Source: Camelus dromedarius
Lineage: Eukaryota
DNA: 64,000 nucleotides
Reading direction: 5' to 3'
Assembly: GCF_036321535.1 (NCBI RefSeq)
Contig: NC_087437.1
Span: 23,810,001-23,874,000 of the forward strand
The position numbers were made by a program, and so were the translations under genes. This document shows, one piece after another, positions 39,200-53,820 of this stretch. The notes below the pieces were generated by a model, which was not told the DNA's origin, did not search any database, and saw only the letters and a program-made list of their open reading frames with translations. Within the stretch, counting starts at the first letter, position 1, and every line of letters starts with the position of its first letter.

Positions 39200-40420
39200 C
39201 ATCTACACAGTGCTTTTTATTTTTTTATTTTTTGCATAAACAGAATTATTTTATACAACTGTTCCCAAATAATGTGTCTGGGAAATCTCCAAGCCTTTAA
39301 TACAGAACTGAATTATTGATCTAATAATTTAGGTGTACTTTATTTTCAGTTTTTCACAATTATATATTATGTCATTGTAATTATCTTTGTACATATTTTT
39401 CTGTACAAACTACAGAATAACATTCTATTCTTCTGCCAGTCAAGTGTGAGAATGCTTGTTTTTCCACATCTCTCCAATGCTATAATTTCAATTATAAATG
39501 TTTGCTACTCTGGCAATTTTTATCTTATTCTTGTTTTTATTTGTAATATCTAACAGTTAATAAGTTTGAGTACATTTAAATATGATTACTGATCATTTAC
39601 CATTTTATTCTTTGATTTGTCTGATATTTAATACCCATTTTTCTGTGGGATTAGCATTCTTTCCCCTTAATGATTCGTTGGTACTTTTTTTTTTTATTAT
39701 TATTAATATTGTGGAGTTGAAGCTCTCATTTGTTAAATAAGATACAGCTCTTTGCCCAGTGAGTCTCTGGTTTGTAACTTACTTACACTTGCTTTCATGA
39801 TACGTAAGCTTTTGTTCTTAATCATTTTAGTGTTTTAAAAAAATTTTACTTCTGTGTTCTGTACCTGATTTTTAAAAAGCCTACTGAACCCCAGGACATT
39901 TATTTTGACCTCTTCCTTGATATCTATTTAACTAATTACCAAGGGTTGGGAATTTCTAGTTATACTTTCTATTATTTATAATTATGTTGTAGTCCAAGAA
40001 AGTGCTGTGAATAGTTTCAGTCATTTGAAGTGGTTCAAGACTTGTATTATAGCCCTTTGGTACACAGCCAATTTTTGTAGTTATAATTACTTGAAAAATA
40101 GTGTGGTCTTCAATTGTGAGTACAGTGTTCTATTTTTTTTAGTTGACTCAATTTGTTAATTATATGGTCATTTTATTTTGATTGCTTGTTCTATCATTTA
40201 TTCAGAAAGATATTAAAATCTCAGCTATAATTATGGATTTATTTCTTCTTGTTTTGAATTTTTCATTCATTTTTGAGATTATGAGATGAGGCAAAAACTG
40301 AAGGTTGTATCTTCCCAATGAGTTGAATCTTTGTCATGATGAAGTGGTTCTCTTTACTTTTAGTATGCTTTCCCTTTATGTTTATTTTGTCTGAAATTAA
40401 TACTTAATTCATAAACATAT
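39200..40420 (-). mobile_element. Old, highly decayed LINE-1 fragments
   Basis: T-rich L1M-like motifs (gtgtgagaatgcttgtttttccacatctc; attaaaatctcagctataattatggattt). Confidence 0.55.
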
Positions 40421-40427
40421 TCTTATA

Positions 40428-40453
40428 TGTGTGTGTGTGTATATATATATATA

Positions 40454-40486
<33 letters not shown>
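40428..40486. repeat. Compound (TG)n(TA)n microsatellite
   Basis: Seen directly. Confidence 0.95.
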
Positions 40487-40684
40487 TTTTACATGTAAAC
40501 ATAGATATACCTTATCCAGAAACATGTCAAGAGGGTCAAGTTTCCTCTTTGCTCTTTCTGCACGGTGGGGTTACTCTTTAGTTTTATAAGGTGATAACTT
40601 TCTGTGAGCCTAGATTTTAGTAGGGATTTTCTATTAGCTTTTCCTTCTTGATAGATCCTGAAATTTATCTTTGGTTTTGACATC

Positions 40685-41047
40685 AGTTTTATTCAGCTTG
40701 TGCTGCTATAACAGAATTCCATAGTCTGGGTGGCTGTAACAACATATGCTTTTTCCTATAGTTCTGGAAGCTGGGAAGTCCAAGATCAAGGTGTCCTGGT
40801 AAGGGTCCTCATCCTGGTATGCAGACAGCTGCCTTCTTACTATGTCCTCACAAGGCAGCGAGAACTAGCTTTTGTCTCTCCTCCTCTTCTTATAAGGATT
40901 CCCAGCCCATCATGAGGCCCCACCATCATGATTTCATCTAAACCTGAATACCTCCCAAAGACCCCATCTCCAAATACTATCGAATGGTGGAGGGATGTGA
41001 GAGCTTCAAAATATGAAATCTGGGGACACAAACACTCAGTTCATACC
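40685..41047 (-). mobile_element. MLT1A-like MaLR LTR
   Basis: gctgctataacagaattccatagtctgggtggct...gctgggaagtccaagatcaaggtg...ggggacacaaacactcagttcata. Confidence 0.8.
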
Positions 41048-41469
41048 ATTTTTATGCAGCAGTCAAAGTAGATGCCAAGGTCTCCAGTCTTTTGCTTGGG
41101 GTTTAGCTTCCTAAGTGCTGACCTTCTGCTGCAGAAGGGATAGGAAAACTGCAGAGATCCAGTGATTTCCAAAGTAAATGTTATTTTCCAACTTCTGGTT
41201 CCCTGATAAATGTCATGTTTTGAATCTGAAGACTGGTCTATTCAGTTTTACACAGAAAGAATCATCCATTCTTTGCTTAGTGTAATACACACCATTATTA
41301 CATTTTCTCCAGGAGGGTAGTGAATGATGGTGGGTGAACAGCTTTCTGAATATAGGCCTTTGTGCATCCTTCAGTTTAATTTCTAATTTTCAACTTTATC
41401 CTCCTCTTTATTTGGCACCACTAAGTCCTCATCTCCTTGGGGTTCTGTGGAATTAAATTGGACCTCCTC

Positions 41470-41712
41470 ATTCTTATATATCCTCCTTTATACTTTAAAT
41501 CATCTCTAGATTACTTTATAATACCTAGTGCAATGTAAATGCTATGCGAACTGTTGTAAATATAATGCAAATGCTATGTAAGTAGTTGTTGGTGCACAGC
41601 AAATTCTGTTTTGCTTTTAGAAACGTTCTGAAAAATTTTTCGGAGTGTTTTTGATCAGAGATTGGTTGAATCTTTGGTTGCTGAATCTGTGGATAGGGAG
41701 GATTGAGTGTAT
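41470..41712. mobile_element. MER2/Tigger-like DNA transposon fragment
   Basis: tatactttaaatcatctctagattactttataatacct...aatgtaaatgctatg...gattggttgaatc. Confidence 0.75.
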
Positions 41713-41734
41713 CTGCTTTTACATGGTAAACTAT

Positions 41735-41900
41735 GATCCTTAAATTTTAGAGTGCATCTGAGTTACCTGGAAATCTTATCAAACTCATTTTGCAGGGCCC
41801 CACCTAGGGTTTTTGATGGGGCCCGAGAATTTGCTTTTCTAACAAGTCCCCATGTGATGTTGTTGATGTTGTTCTGTGGACCTCACTCTGAGAACCACTT
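41735..41900. mobile_element. MER5A-like element
   Basis: gggcccgagaatttgcttttctaacaagtccccatgtgatg...ctctgagaaccact. Confidence 0.75.
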
Positions 41901-42369
41901 GGTACAGGAGTCTTGTTTTGATCAGGTATTGAGGGGCAGTGTGTTCATGGAAGGAGGGTCCTAACTCAAAGAATGAATTTTCTTTGGTAGAAGATAATAG
42001 TGGTACCAGCCTCCTTTTCCTGTGATTGGTGTACATGTGGCATATTACCCTGATTTGGCTAAGGAAACATCTTCTTGAGAACTTCTAGGAAAGTATTTCC
42101 TACCTACTTTTATATACGTATATGTGTTTGTATGTGTATGTTTTCTTGTCTAGGGCAGCTGCTGTAGCCAGTAGCTCCAAGAGTCCCCCAGCCCCAGGGT
42201 GAGGCTCGCATGATAGGGCTATGTGAGAAGCAGGAGTAGGTCTTGACATCTGGTGCCTCAGGGTCATCTGACGTAGGCTGTGGTTTTCTGTTTTGATAAA
42301 ATTGGCTAAGTAGGGCATTTTAATTTTCCAATTAGATTACTACCATTAATCTGTTAATCATCAGAGTTG

Positions 42370-43120
42370 GGCTCTAATTCTAGGGGTAAAACTGGTAGCA
42401 TTAGCAACCATAAAGCTTCTATAACACAGCACAGGCTTCTGTTGTTGTTGTCATTTCATTATATAACAACCAAATGGAAATGTCACCCTTTGGTGCACTG
42501 GAACTCCGAGCTCAAGCATTACTCCAGGACCAGGTTAATGGAAGCACTGGCATCTTTAATATGTGGTTTCCAAAGTTCTCTGGGCTTTGACATTGAGTCT
42601 ACAGAAAAGGGAAGGAAGAAGAGAGTTGCATATGAAAGGTTTTTATGGGCCAGGCTTGGAATTGACACACATATCACTACTGTTCACATTCTGTTGGTCA
42701 GATCTAAATTGTATGGTAACTAACATCATTTGTGTTCCTTCTTCCATGGTAATGAATTGTTACTGAGAATTGGATATCTAGCTTAGGACTACAGTTCCTT
42801 GCATCTAGATGAGGCTGTGTGACTGAATTTCAGCTAGTAGATGTGAGATGAATCAGTAAGTCACCTCCAGGCCAATGTTCTTAAGAAGTAGATGAGCTAT
42901 CACCATGCTACCCACCCCCCAACGCCCCCACCATTGGTTGGATGCAGAAGATGATGAAATGAGGAAAAAAAAGAACTACAAAACAGAAGGATCTTGTGGT
43001 CCTGAAACCATGTGGATAAAAGCTGCCCAAAGATCAGAGACCCCACCTTGATGGAGAAATACAGTGCTATTGGGGAAAGCCTTTGAAATGTTCTTACTAT
43101 AGCTACCGTTATCCAAAGTA
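42370..43120. mobile_element. MaLR (MLT1-like) LTR fragments
   Basis: ggttttatgggccaggcttggaa..cacattctgttggtcaga; ggactacagttccttgcatctagatgaggctgtgtgactgaattt. Confidence 0.55.
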
Positions 43121-43139
43121 ATCAGTCTTGAAAAAGTTG

Positions 43140-43780
43140 GCCAGGTGACATTTGTAAAAGGACATACACTAAGCTGGAGAGATTGGATTTTATTTTGGAG
43201 GATGGAATGAAGAATTACATAATTATTAGTGTGAGAAAAACACTCTTTGACTCTTGCTTTAGAAAAACTAAATATATGGCAGGGTGAAGAATGATTTGTA
43301 GAATAGCAGCTGGGGGATCATTTAGGGATAATTCCAGATACAAAATAATGTAATCCTAAAATGATAGATATTATTTGGTAAAGCTAGAAGGGAGGGAGGG
43401 ATTTCAGGGAGCTAAAAAAGAAGAAAAAGAGTAGGTGGTGCTTGGTGAGTTAACAGATTTGGGACAGGGGAAGGGAAGAGTATTGTTTTAAGGAGGCTTC
43501 CAGCTGAGCATTGGATGGGTGGCAGTGCACACATATGGTGAGATATCACAGATGAGATTTGGGGTAAAGTCCAGTTAGATAGATGAATCTGAGATGCCTG
43601 TGGGACATTCAAGTGGGGACAACTGGTAGTTAAATAACACTGATTCTTCATCTTTTGCCTAAAGAGGATTGAAAGGGAGGACAAGAAGAGATTCGTCAAA
43701 CAAGTGTGATGGTTCTGAAACTAAGGTTGGGAGAGACTTTTAATGAGAGGCGGTCCAGTGAGGCACAAGATGTAGGAGGT
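43140..43780 (+). mobile_element. L2 LINE fragment
   Basis: gattggattttattttggagg; tgagatgcctgtgggacattcaagtgggga. Confidence 0.6.
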
Positions 43781-46390
43781 AAAAGAAGTCGTGGCTGCGG
43801 TGGCCACGTCCTGCTATTCGGGTCACAGGATCATGTCCTTTAGTTTGTGCCTAATGACAAGGAAAAAGTGCTCACACATACCTTCTGGTTAAACACAATG
43901 CCTAATTTATTGTGTCCTCTGCTTCCCAGTTCCAGAAGAGAAGAGAGGTCACCAATCAGAAGCATATCCAAAATCTGAAGCTTGAGAGGCAGATGTTATC
44001 AGTGTGAAGAAAGCAGGGTCTCACTTTTAGAATTCTGTCTGCCCCAGCATCTATACTGATCACTTTGGTTCCTTACTAGTTATACTTTTGATTGTCATTC
44101 TGAATATGGTCTAATGCTGGCAGCAGTGAGATGTATCAGATCTCTGGTTGTCAGCCCCATTACCCTACTCACTATTCCTGGTTGAGGGAGCACCAGTTAT
44201 TTCCCTTGCATGACTGGGTGGGGTGCAACCTTGCATTTCTACCTGTTTTGTCCTGTGGACCAGTTCTGATTTCCTCTCAGTCCTCTACCGGGAGTTCTGC
44301 AAGGCTTACTCCCTCTTTGGGAGGATAGCTTCTCAGGGATCATTCAAGTTAAATTTTACCATCTGGTGTGCCTATAAAACATATTTACCTTAAGTTTTGA
44401 GATTTGGAAAAGTGCTGCTTTTTTCAGGGCTTGAATTTGGCATTATAGATAATAAATGGATACTAATCTGCTGTAACTCCAAATGACACCAAAAGCTCTC
44501 AGTATGATGTGTTATGTTAAGTCCTGTTTTGAATTAGAGTTCGTGAAAATTTAGAATCCATTCTTTGTAGAACTGAGGCCTTGAATAACCATAGGATTGG
44601 CTTGGTAAATTGGGAGATGGAGTGATCTCTCTCTCCTAATATGATGATTTCAGCCATTTTATGCAAAATGATATTTTGAGGAATCTCTCACAAATTGTCT
44701 ACAAGCCTTCAAAGAAGAGGTAGACCATATTATTTTTAAAAAGAGTTCTCATGAACTATAACACAGAACACATAGATTCAGAAGACGTGCTTCTGTTATC
44801 CTTTCTTGCCTACTTTGAAAGTCTCTGCCTAGACTCCAGTGAATTGACAGAACTAACTGGAGAATAAGAGAAATAATGATCCAAATTTGTAAAGTTGGAA
44901 ATGGCAACAGTTACACTACTACTTATGTTATGACTGCCGTTTCCACCACTTCTATTATCGTTATGACTATTTCTACTACTAACAGCTCAGTTTGGTAGGA
45001 GTTCAGAGGTCCTGTCTTAATTACATACAATGAAATTAGAAATGTCATTTTTCTCACACTATTGGAACAAAAATTTATGGATTTTTAATCTAGAGCAAAA
45101 CTCTAATGAAATGAAAATGAACTTTTTTTTGAAAGGTTAGAAACTGAAAAATGGATAATTTGTGAGGTGCTTTGATTCACACATTAGTAAAATCATACTT
45201 CAGTAAGTAAGAGCAAAGCCTCTTCAACTGGCCCCAAACATATGAGAATCTTTTTCAAGTCTCTACAAAATAAATGCTGGGCTGCTTGAATAATTTTTGA
45301 GGATTATTTAATTAAAGTATAGATCACTCTTTTTCCTTTATAAGCTTAATGACAAGATAATATAGAATAAAATTGTTTAATAGAAGTCAGTAATTTTAAA
45401 AATCCCCAGACCATTATTTTGAGGCTTCTGTCATATCAGGTACTGTGCTTTGTGCTAGGGAATAAAAATGGAAAGGAACTCTTTCCTTGCCTGTGCACTA
45501 ATACAGAGTCTGATGGTAGGGATGTCCAGGTTATATGTCTATAATGACTGTATGTGATGTATATTGTCATTTTAAACTCAGTAATTTTTTTAAATGTGTG
45601 CAAGTTAGTCTTTTTGTTTCTTGTTTTTCAATATGAGAAATTTAGCCTTCTAAAAGCTAAATCTTTAGAAGTTCGAAATTGTACATGTATTATAATTTAA
45701 TTGGGCTTTTTATGTTTGAAACTTTCAGGTTTTCGAAAATTATTGTAATTTTGAAAGGTCAGACAGCTAAGATACTTTAAAAGTATATAAAACAACCATT
45801 GCTGACACATGTAAAACAACTTCTTTTACAACTTCTGCTTGACATAATATGTATAAGGAGTTTCTTCAGAGCACCAAAATTCACAATATTTATGATTCTG
45901 ATTGCTATTGACATTGAGTTTTCATTTGTAAATATACTGGATACTGATGATTGTTATCATTTATTTCCTGTTTATTTATTTTGACTTATTATATTCAATT
46001 TTTATAGATTTCTAGGAAATAAATAGTTCATTGATAATCAATATTTTCTTTAAATCTTCTTACTTTTAGGGCATATTGCCTCAGCAATATAAAACTAAAA
46101 ATTGTCAGTATTTTCCTCAGGTTTTTATCAGGACATCTTCCTCAAAATAGTGATTATAAAAGTAATCTCTTTTAGTTTTTCTAATCTTTTTATGGTTTTA
46201 TTTTTTGCATTTTGTTTTTCATTTTGTCAGATAATTACTTTTGTATGTGACACATACAAGAATTCTAACTTTTTCTTTTTGCAAATATTTTCTAATTATC
46301 CTAATGCTGTTTTAAAAGTAGTTAACTTTTCTCCATTGCTTTAAGATGACATTTTTGTCATATGTGTAATTCTCATATTATATATTTCTT

Positions 46391-46471
46391 CTTTTGTTTT
46401 GGGGTTTTTTGGGTTTTTTTTTTTACATTTTTTATTGAGTTATAGTCATTTTACAGTGTTGTGTCAAATTC
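46391..46471 (-). mobile_element. Very short 5'-truncated L1 3'-end insertion with a perfect 17-bp TSD
   Basis: catattatatatttctt at 46374-46390 and 46472-46488 flanks a T-rich tail plus ttttttattgagttatagtcattttacagtgttgtgtcaaatt. Confidence 0.85.
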
Positions 46472-49029
46472 CATATTATATATTTCTTGACTATTATTTT
46501 TATTAGGATGATAGCCAAATATAGGAAGAGAAAGAATTTATTTGACATCTTCCCATGTGCAAATAACTGAATAGTGTGAGACAGCAGACTTTAGGGTAAC
46601 TTAAGTGGTATTAATGACTTTAGTGTAACTACTGAGCTTATGACATTCTTTATGAAGAATTATTAAGGCTCACTTTCTTAGTGCTGAATTGAATCCTAGT
46701 GCCTATCATTTCATCCCTTTTACTATAGACTAAGTACTTTAATATGGGAAATAAACATATTCTCTGCATAGTTCTTACTCACCACAATATACACACATAA
46801 CACACAAATGATGTACAGCAGCACATAGCCAGCCCTCTGCACGACTTTGTAGATTTTCTAGGTTGATATAAAACACTATTAGGTCCTCTAGTTGGCTATC
46901 TCCTATGGATGATCAGAGCACTCCAGGCAGATTAGGGACATTATGCTTTCAATGACGTATTCTCCAACTAACACCTTTGCTTAGCTTCTATTTTAAAAAG
47001 TGTATTTTAGACAAAGTTGTGAAGTGGACACTTTATCAATGCCTCATTTTTTTCATGTGGCTTTCTCCTAAACCCATACCCTCATTGGTCATTGTTCTTT
47101 ATGTCGGAAGAATCCTAATTTTAGCGTTCTGTACATACGGTCATAAATCTCATCGTGAAAACATACTCACCAACATGAAGACATTCCGACTGAAAGCATA
47201 AATAATTCCAGCCCAGCGCTGGGAGGGAACCCGGAATGCTCCTGACTGTCTTGCAAACATGTGTACAGCACTCACTAGTAACTTCCCAAGCCACTTGTCA
47301 CTTATGGTTACAGCCACATTCAGCTTATCAGTAGTCCCTACAGAGAGTCTGGGACATTATGCAGTCTGACATCTTCCCAAGACGGAAACTCTCTAAGTTT
47401 CTGACCTGGAAGCATTTAAGTTGAAAGTTGAACTGTTTCACTATTTTGAGAGGCTGGAAAATTCTAATTGTGATGAAATTCTTTCTTATACAAAGAAAAA
47501 TCTGTCTATGTCCATCAGTGGTCCTTGTTCAACACAGTACTACTCCCTAAGGATTCGAATCTGCCACCCTAAGTGCATTGAATGCTTTCTCTTTTTGTGC
47601 CTTCACATACATTCTTTTATCATAGCACCCCCAACACTGAGTTGTACCTATTTTGGAGAGTGGCATGGCCATACCTTCAGTTTTCCACAACAGGAACTGG
47701 GGCTGGAGAGAAACTGGGGCTTTATCCTTGAATTTTTAGTTATAATTCCCTTATAGCTCACATCTAGTCACGTGCCACAGTTTGTCAATTCCTCCTTCAT
47801 ATTTTGCCTCACAAGACTCTGTGTGATCTAGTCCCTGGCTATGTTTCCTTCTGCAACTCAAACTTCTCTCACTCTTGTTTGGTATACATCAGTTGTAGTG
47901 GCTTTCTTAGTTTCTAAAACTTGCCCAGCAGCCTCTTGACTTAGAGCCCTTGTACTTGCTTTTCCATCTGCCTGGAGCAAACTTTTTCTAAATATTTATC
48001 CTCCTAAGGAAGAACCGATTATAATTTCACCATAGCAATGACTAACCATCAAGACCAGTGTTAAACCTAAATGTGTGAGTAATCTGTGATTGATTACAAA
48101 AGCACACACAATTCTCCAAGAGAGTTAGTAGCATCTTTAACATACAGCTTCTGAAAATCAGAAAATCAGCAATAGCTTCAGTCCAGGGAACAGATTTCTG
48201 AGACCCAAGCAGTCAGCAACAGTCTGATCTAGTAAACACAATTCCACAGCCAAATTCAACATTCTAGCTTTTAAACCCACACTTTAAAAACCCTATATAA
48301 ATTTGGTGAAAGAAATATGTTTAGAGATTCAAGAAGCTCATCAAATTTCAGTGGGATAGATACAGAGAAAATCACCCCTAGCCACGTTACAGTCAAGGTG
48401 TCGAAAATTAAATCATGGCAGAGAATTATGCTTCCTGTCTACGAGTAGACAGAAAAGAAATGCGATCATCTGCCAATAGCCATGTCAGTGATCCTCTTGG
48501 AAGGAGATTTTCCATCTTCAGTCAAACCTTCAGGTGTCTGTAGACCCATAGACATCGCCACTGCAGCCTCATGAGAGCTGCTGAGCTAGAATTGTCTAGC
48601 TATGCCATTTCCTAATTTCTCTTTTGCAGAAACTAGAAGGTAATAAATGTTTTACACTTTAAGCAGCAAAATTTGGGAGTAATTGGTTATTCAGTAACAG
48701 ATAACAAAAAACCCACCATAGACCAACAACAGAAAATCAGTAAGGATATAAGGAATTTGATTGATCCAACAACAATCTTGATCTAATTGGCATTATAAAG
48801 CAGTTCTCCCAACAATAGCAGCAAACACATACTTTTCAAATTCATATGGAACACTCAACAAAGTAGACTGTATTGCTGTCCCAATAAACAATTCTCAGAA
48901 AATTTAAAAGGATTGCATTAATACAAAGTATGTCTGCTAAATGTAACAATTAAAATAAAAGTTAGTAATAAAAAGATCATAAAAATCCCTTCTAATTTAG
49001 AAATTTAAGCAATATATTTATAAATAACT

Positions 49030-49935
49030 GTGTCAGTTATCAATATATTATCTCTTAGCCCCAATTTCAGTCTTTAATACTTATCCGCAAATATGGATCC
49101 GCAAAAATTTCTCCTTTACAGAGAGCATAATCCTTGTCAGTAGAGGGCATTGGGGAGATACTGTGGGAGGCCGAGGGATTCTTTTACTAGTTCTAGTTGC
49201 CTTACTCTGACTTGACTTGACTTAACTTGACTTTTTTCCCTCTCCTCTCCTCCCCTGCGCTTTTCCTTCCCTCCCCTTCCCTTTCTCCTGCTGCATTTTG
49301 CTTAGCAGTGCAGGTGTCTGCAGGCATCCAGTGGTGCTCTGCCTACCAGCATATTCAGTTTGCATAGTACCTCTGCAACCTCTGCAGCCCTGGCATGGGT
49401 CAGTAATGTGCTCTCTGGCCTCTTGATATGGTCACAACATATTTTAGGCCTATGTCACCAAGGGCGCTCAAACTCCCTCTACATATCCACCTGCAAGTTG
49501 TGGCTTACTTGTGCCCTGAAGGTTTGTTTCCTACATCTTTCCCAGCGTGGAGACCATGTTTCCCAGGAGTCTGACTCCAACTCCCTCTGCATGCCCTTCT
49601 ACTTGAAGTGGCTCATCTATATCCCAGAGGATTGTGGTACTCCTTGCTGGGACACTGCATTTCCCAGACATCACACCCACATTAGAACTCTCTAAGTCTG
49701 TCTGCATGCCCCTCCACTGGTGACTAGTTTCCTATACTACAGAGATTTGTGTCCTTGCCTGGTGATTGTGGATTAGCTCTGGTAAAGGCAACTCTGTAAA
49801 ATTCTCCACCATCCGGTAGGCCACAACTACACTTTCTCCAAAGAGGTTTGAACTCTAGCCTTGTCCTTCCTAGCGTTCTCTGCCTCAGTCCTGTAGTACC
49901 CTTTAGCATTTTATTTTCTATTTTCATAATTACTT
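49030..49935. mobile_element. LTR-like element (ERVL class, family uncertain)
   Basis: Starts tgtgtcagtt; contains cagtagagggcattggggagatactg; composition shifts relative to the flanking L1 sequence. Confidence 0.4.
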
Positions 49936-49939
49936 CCTG

Positions 49940-52750
49940 AAGCCTGAAGAGATCAATAACAAGAAAGGAACTGAATCAGTAATCAAAACCTCCCAACAAA
50001 TAAAAGTCAGAGATCAGAAAGCTTCACATCTGAATTCTACCAACCATTTAAAGAAGAACTGAAGGGAATACTTAGTTTTCAAAAAGTAAAAGAAGAAAGA
50101 ACACTTCCAAACCCATTTTAAGTGGCCAGCATCACCCTGATACCAAAGCCAGACAAAGACACCACAAGAAGGAACAATTACAGGCCAATATACCTGATGA
50201 ACATGAATGCCAAAATATTCAACAAAATATTAACTGAACCAAAGTCAACACACTGAGAGGATCACGCTATGACCAAGTGGGATTCATCTCTGAGATGCAA
50301 AGATGTTGCATTATATGCAAGTCAATTAAGGTGACAGAACACCTTAACAGGATAAAGGATAAAAATCATGATCATAGTTGATGCAGAAAAAGCATTTGGC
50401 AAAAGTCAACCTCCTTTCATGATAAAAACGTCTAACAAATTAAGTATAGAAGGAACTTACGTCAACCCAATAAAGGCCATATATGACAAGCCTACAGGTA
50501 ACATCATTTTCAAGGTAAAAAACTGAAAACTTTTCCTCTAAGATCTGAAACAATACAAGGATGCCCACTCCAACCAATTTTATTCAGTGTGGTACTTGAA
50601 AGTCCTGGCCAGAGTAAGTAAGCAATAAAAAGAATGAAAAGGCATTGAAATTGGAGGAAGAAGTAAACTTGTCTTTCTTTGTAGATGACATGATCTTATA
50701 TGTAGAAAATGCTAAAGATTCCAAACACACACACACACACGCACACATGCACCTGTTAGAACTAATAAACAAATTTAGTAAAGTTGCAAGATACAAAAAC
50801 CAACATTCAAAATCAGTTGTATTTTTGTACACTAACAATGACTTATCTGAAAAGGAAATTAGGAAAGCAATCCCATTTATAATAGTATTAAAGAGAATAA
50901 AATACTTAGGGATAGACTTAACCAAGGAGGTGAAAGACATGTAGGCTGAAAATCACATAACACTGATGAAAAAAATTAAAGCAGAAATAATAAGTGTAAA
51001 AACATCCCATGTTCAGGAATTGGAAAAATTAATATTGTTATAATGTCCATACTACTTAAAGTAATCTACAAATTTGGTGAAATAGAAAAAACAATCCTAA
51101 AATTCATATGGAAACACATAAGACCCTGAATAGCCAAATAACTTTTGGGGAAGAAGAATAAAGCTGGAAGTATCACACTTCCTGATTTTATTTTTTTTTT
51201 ACAAAGCTACAATAATCAAACCAGTATGATATTATAATAAAACAGACCAATGGAACAGAAGAGAGAGTATAGAAATGCACTCACATTCAACTGATCTTTG
51301 ACAAAGATATAAGAATATACAATGGGGAAAGGACAGTCTCTTTAATAAATGGTGCTGGAAAAACTATTCACATGCAAAAGAATGAAACTGGACCTTTATC
51401 TTATATCATATATAAAAATCAACTCAAAATGGATATAAATATAAGACTTGAAGCCATAAAAATTCTAGAAGAAAACATAGGGGTCAATCTCCTTGACATT
51501 GGTCTTGGCAATGCTTTTTTGGATTTGACACCAAAAGCAAAGGCAACAGAAGCAAAAATAAACAGTGGGACTACATCTAACTAAAAAGCTTCTGTACAGT
51601 AAAGGAAACCATCAGAAAAATGAAAAGGCAACCTACAGAACAGGAGAAAATCTTTGCAAATTGTACATCTGATAAAGGGTTAATATCTAAATTGTACATC
51701 TGATAAAGGGTTAATACCTAAAATACATAAAAACTGTTTTAATTCAATAAGGAAAAAAAACAATAATTAAAAAAAAAATCTAGAGGAACTGAATAGACAT
51801 TTTTCCAAAGAAGAAATACAGATACCCAACAGGTACATGAAAAGATGCTCAACATCACTAATCAGGGAAATGCAAATCAAAACCACAATGAGATACTACC
51901 TCACATCTGTTAGAATGGCTATTATCAAAAAGATAAGGGATAATACGTATTGGTGAGGATGTGGAGAAATGGGGACCCTTGTGCACTCGTGGTGGGAATG
52001 AAAATTGTTGCAGCCACTATGGAAAACAATATTGAAGCTACTTAAAAAATTAAAAATAAAACTACCATATCATCCAGCAATCCCACTTATGGTTATAAAT
52101 CCAAAGGAAATGAAATCAGAATCTCAAAAAGAGATCTTCAGTCCTATGTTCCCTGCAGCATTATTTACAGTAGCCAAGACATGGGAACAACCTAAGTGTC
52201 CATCAGTGGATGAGTAGATAAAGAAAATGTGATACATACTTATAATGGAATATTATTCAACCTGAAAACTGGAGGAACTATTCATATTTGCAACATGAAT
52301 GAAACTTGAAGACATTATGCTAAGTGAAATAAGCCAGAAACAGATGGCTTATATATGATGCAACTTAATGAGGAATCTAAAATAGTCAAACTCATAGAAA
52401 CAGAGTAGAATGATGGTAGCCAGGGGCTGTGGGGAAGGGAAACAGGGAGGTGGAATGGGGGAGGAATTAGACAAAGAGTACATGGTTTTAATAATGCAAG
52501 GTAAATAAATCCTGGAGATTACTGTGCAGTATAGTACCTATAGTTAACAACATTGCATTTTATGCTTAAAAAATTGCTAAGAGGGTAGATCTTATGTTAA
52601 AAATATTCTTATAAAAAACAAAAAGGGTGGGAGGAAACTTTTGGTGGTGATGGATATGTTTATGCCAAAAATGGTTTCATGAATATGTATTTATCTGCAA
52701 ACTCAATGACTTGCATACATTACCTATGTACAGCATACATTATACATGTT
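49940..52750 (+). mobile_element. LINE-1 (ORF2 RT through 3'UTR), degenerate
   Basis: ORFs 50645..50944 (LSFFVDDMILYVEN, RT catalytic motif region) and 52005..52217 (MFPAALFTVAKTWEQPKCPS). Confidence 0.95.
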
Positions 52751-53487
52751 CAGACAAACTAGTGGAAAAGATGGACTCCTCTTTGATATTGGGGGAAGTT
52801 AGCTATCTACATAAAATAAAATTAGGTATCTACTCATAGCATGTAAAAATGAACTCCAAGGAGATTAATGATCTTCATAATAAAAAACATGCAAAACAAA
52901 AAGCAAATGTCTCAAAAACATAAACCAGAAAAAGATTTGATAAATATGACTATTTATAATTTCCACACAAATGAGATCACAAATAACTGAAATAATAGCT
53001 GTCTCCTTGGAAAAGGTATTTGTGATGTATGTAACTTACAAAAGACTTTGTAACCTGAAAAAGGACTTCAAATCATAAGATCAGAGAGAAGCAAACCAAT
53101 AGAAAAATGACTTAAATTTATGAAAAGGTGGTTCACATTAGAGGAATTACAAATATCCAACAGAAAAATGAAAACATGACCATCTTTCCTAGAAATCCCA
53201 AAAATGGAATTAAAATCAATGAGATTCCTTATTAAAAATATTATTTGACAAAAACAAAATAAAAACTGGCAATACCAACATTTGGTAGGTAAGTAAATGG
53301 TAGCAAAATCATACACTGCTTTTAAGACCATAAATTGTTACAGTCAGTTTGGAGAACAGTGTTATAATACCTCATAATGATGAAGATCTTCACTAATAGG
53401 AGTAACGCTAGAGAATCTCTGTCATATGTACATAAGGATACATGTATAGTAATATTTACTGCATTATAGGTTGTAGAGATAATTTGG

Positions 53488-53516
53488 TGTATTAGAGTTC
53501 TCCAGAGAAACAGAAC

Positions 53517-53553
<37 letters not shown>

Positions 53554-53820
53554 TTCAATATACACTATATATAAAATATATAGACAAATATGTACACATG
53601 CTCTCTTTATGTATTTATACATCTGTATATATCCATATATATCTATATATAGATCTCTGTCTGTCTGTGTCTGCCTCCCTCTATGCCTCTCCCTCTCTCT
53701 TTCTTTCTCATGATTTATTTTGAAGAATAGTCTTATGTGATTGTGGAATTGTGGAAACTGACAAGTCTAAATCGTGCTGGGTAGGCAGACAGGCTAGAGA
53801 CTGAGGGAAGGGTTGATGCC
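53488..53820. mobile_element. MLT2-type ERVL LTR containing a (GT)n
   Basis: tgtattagagttctccagagaaacagaaccaa is the typical MLT2 end. Confidence 0.75.

Noticed and set aside
51658..51719. 31-bp tandem duplication
   Set aside because: A local duplication inside a dead L1 with no functional implication.
50584..52217. ORFs with reverse-transcriptase-like motifs
   Set aside because: Fragments of a dead L1 with many stops and frameshifts; not a novel RT system.
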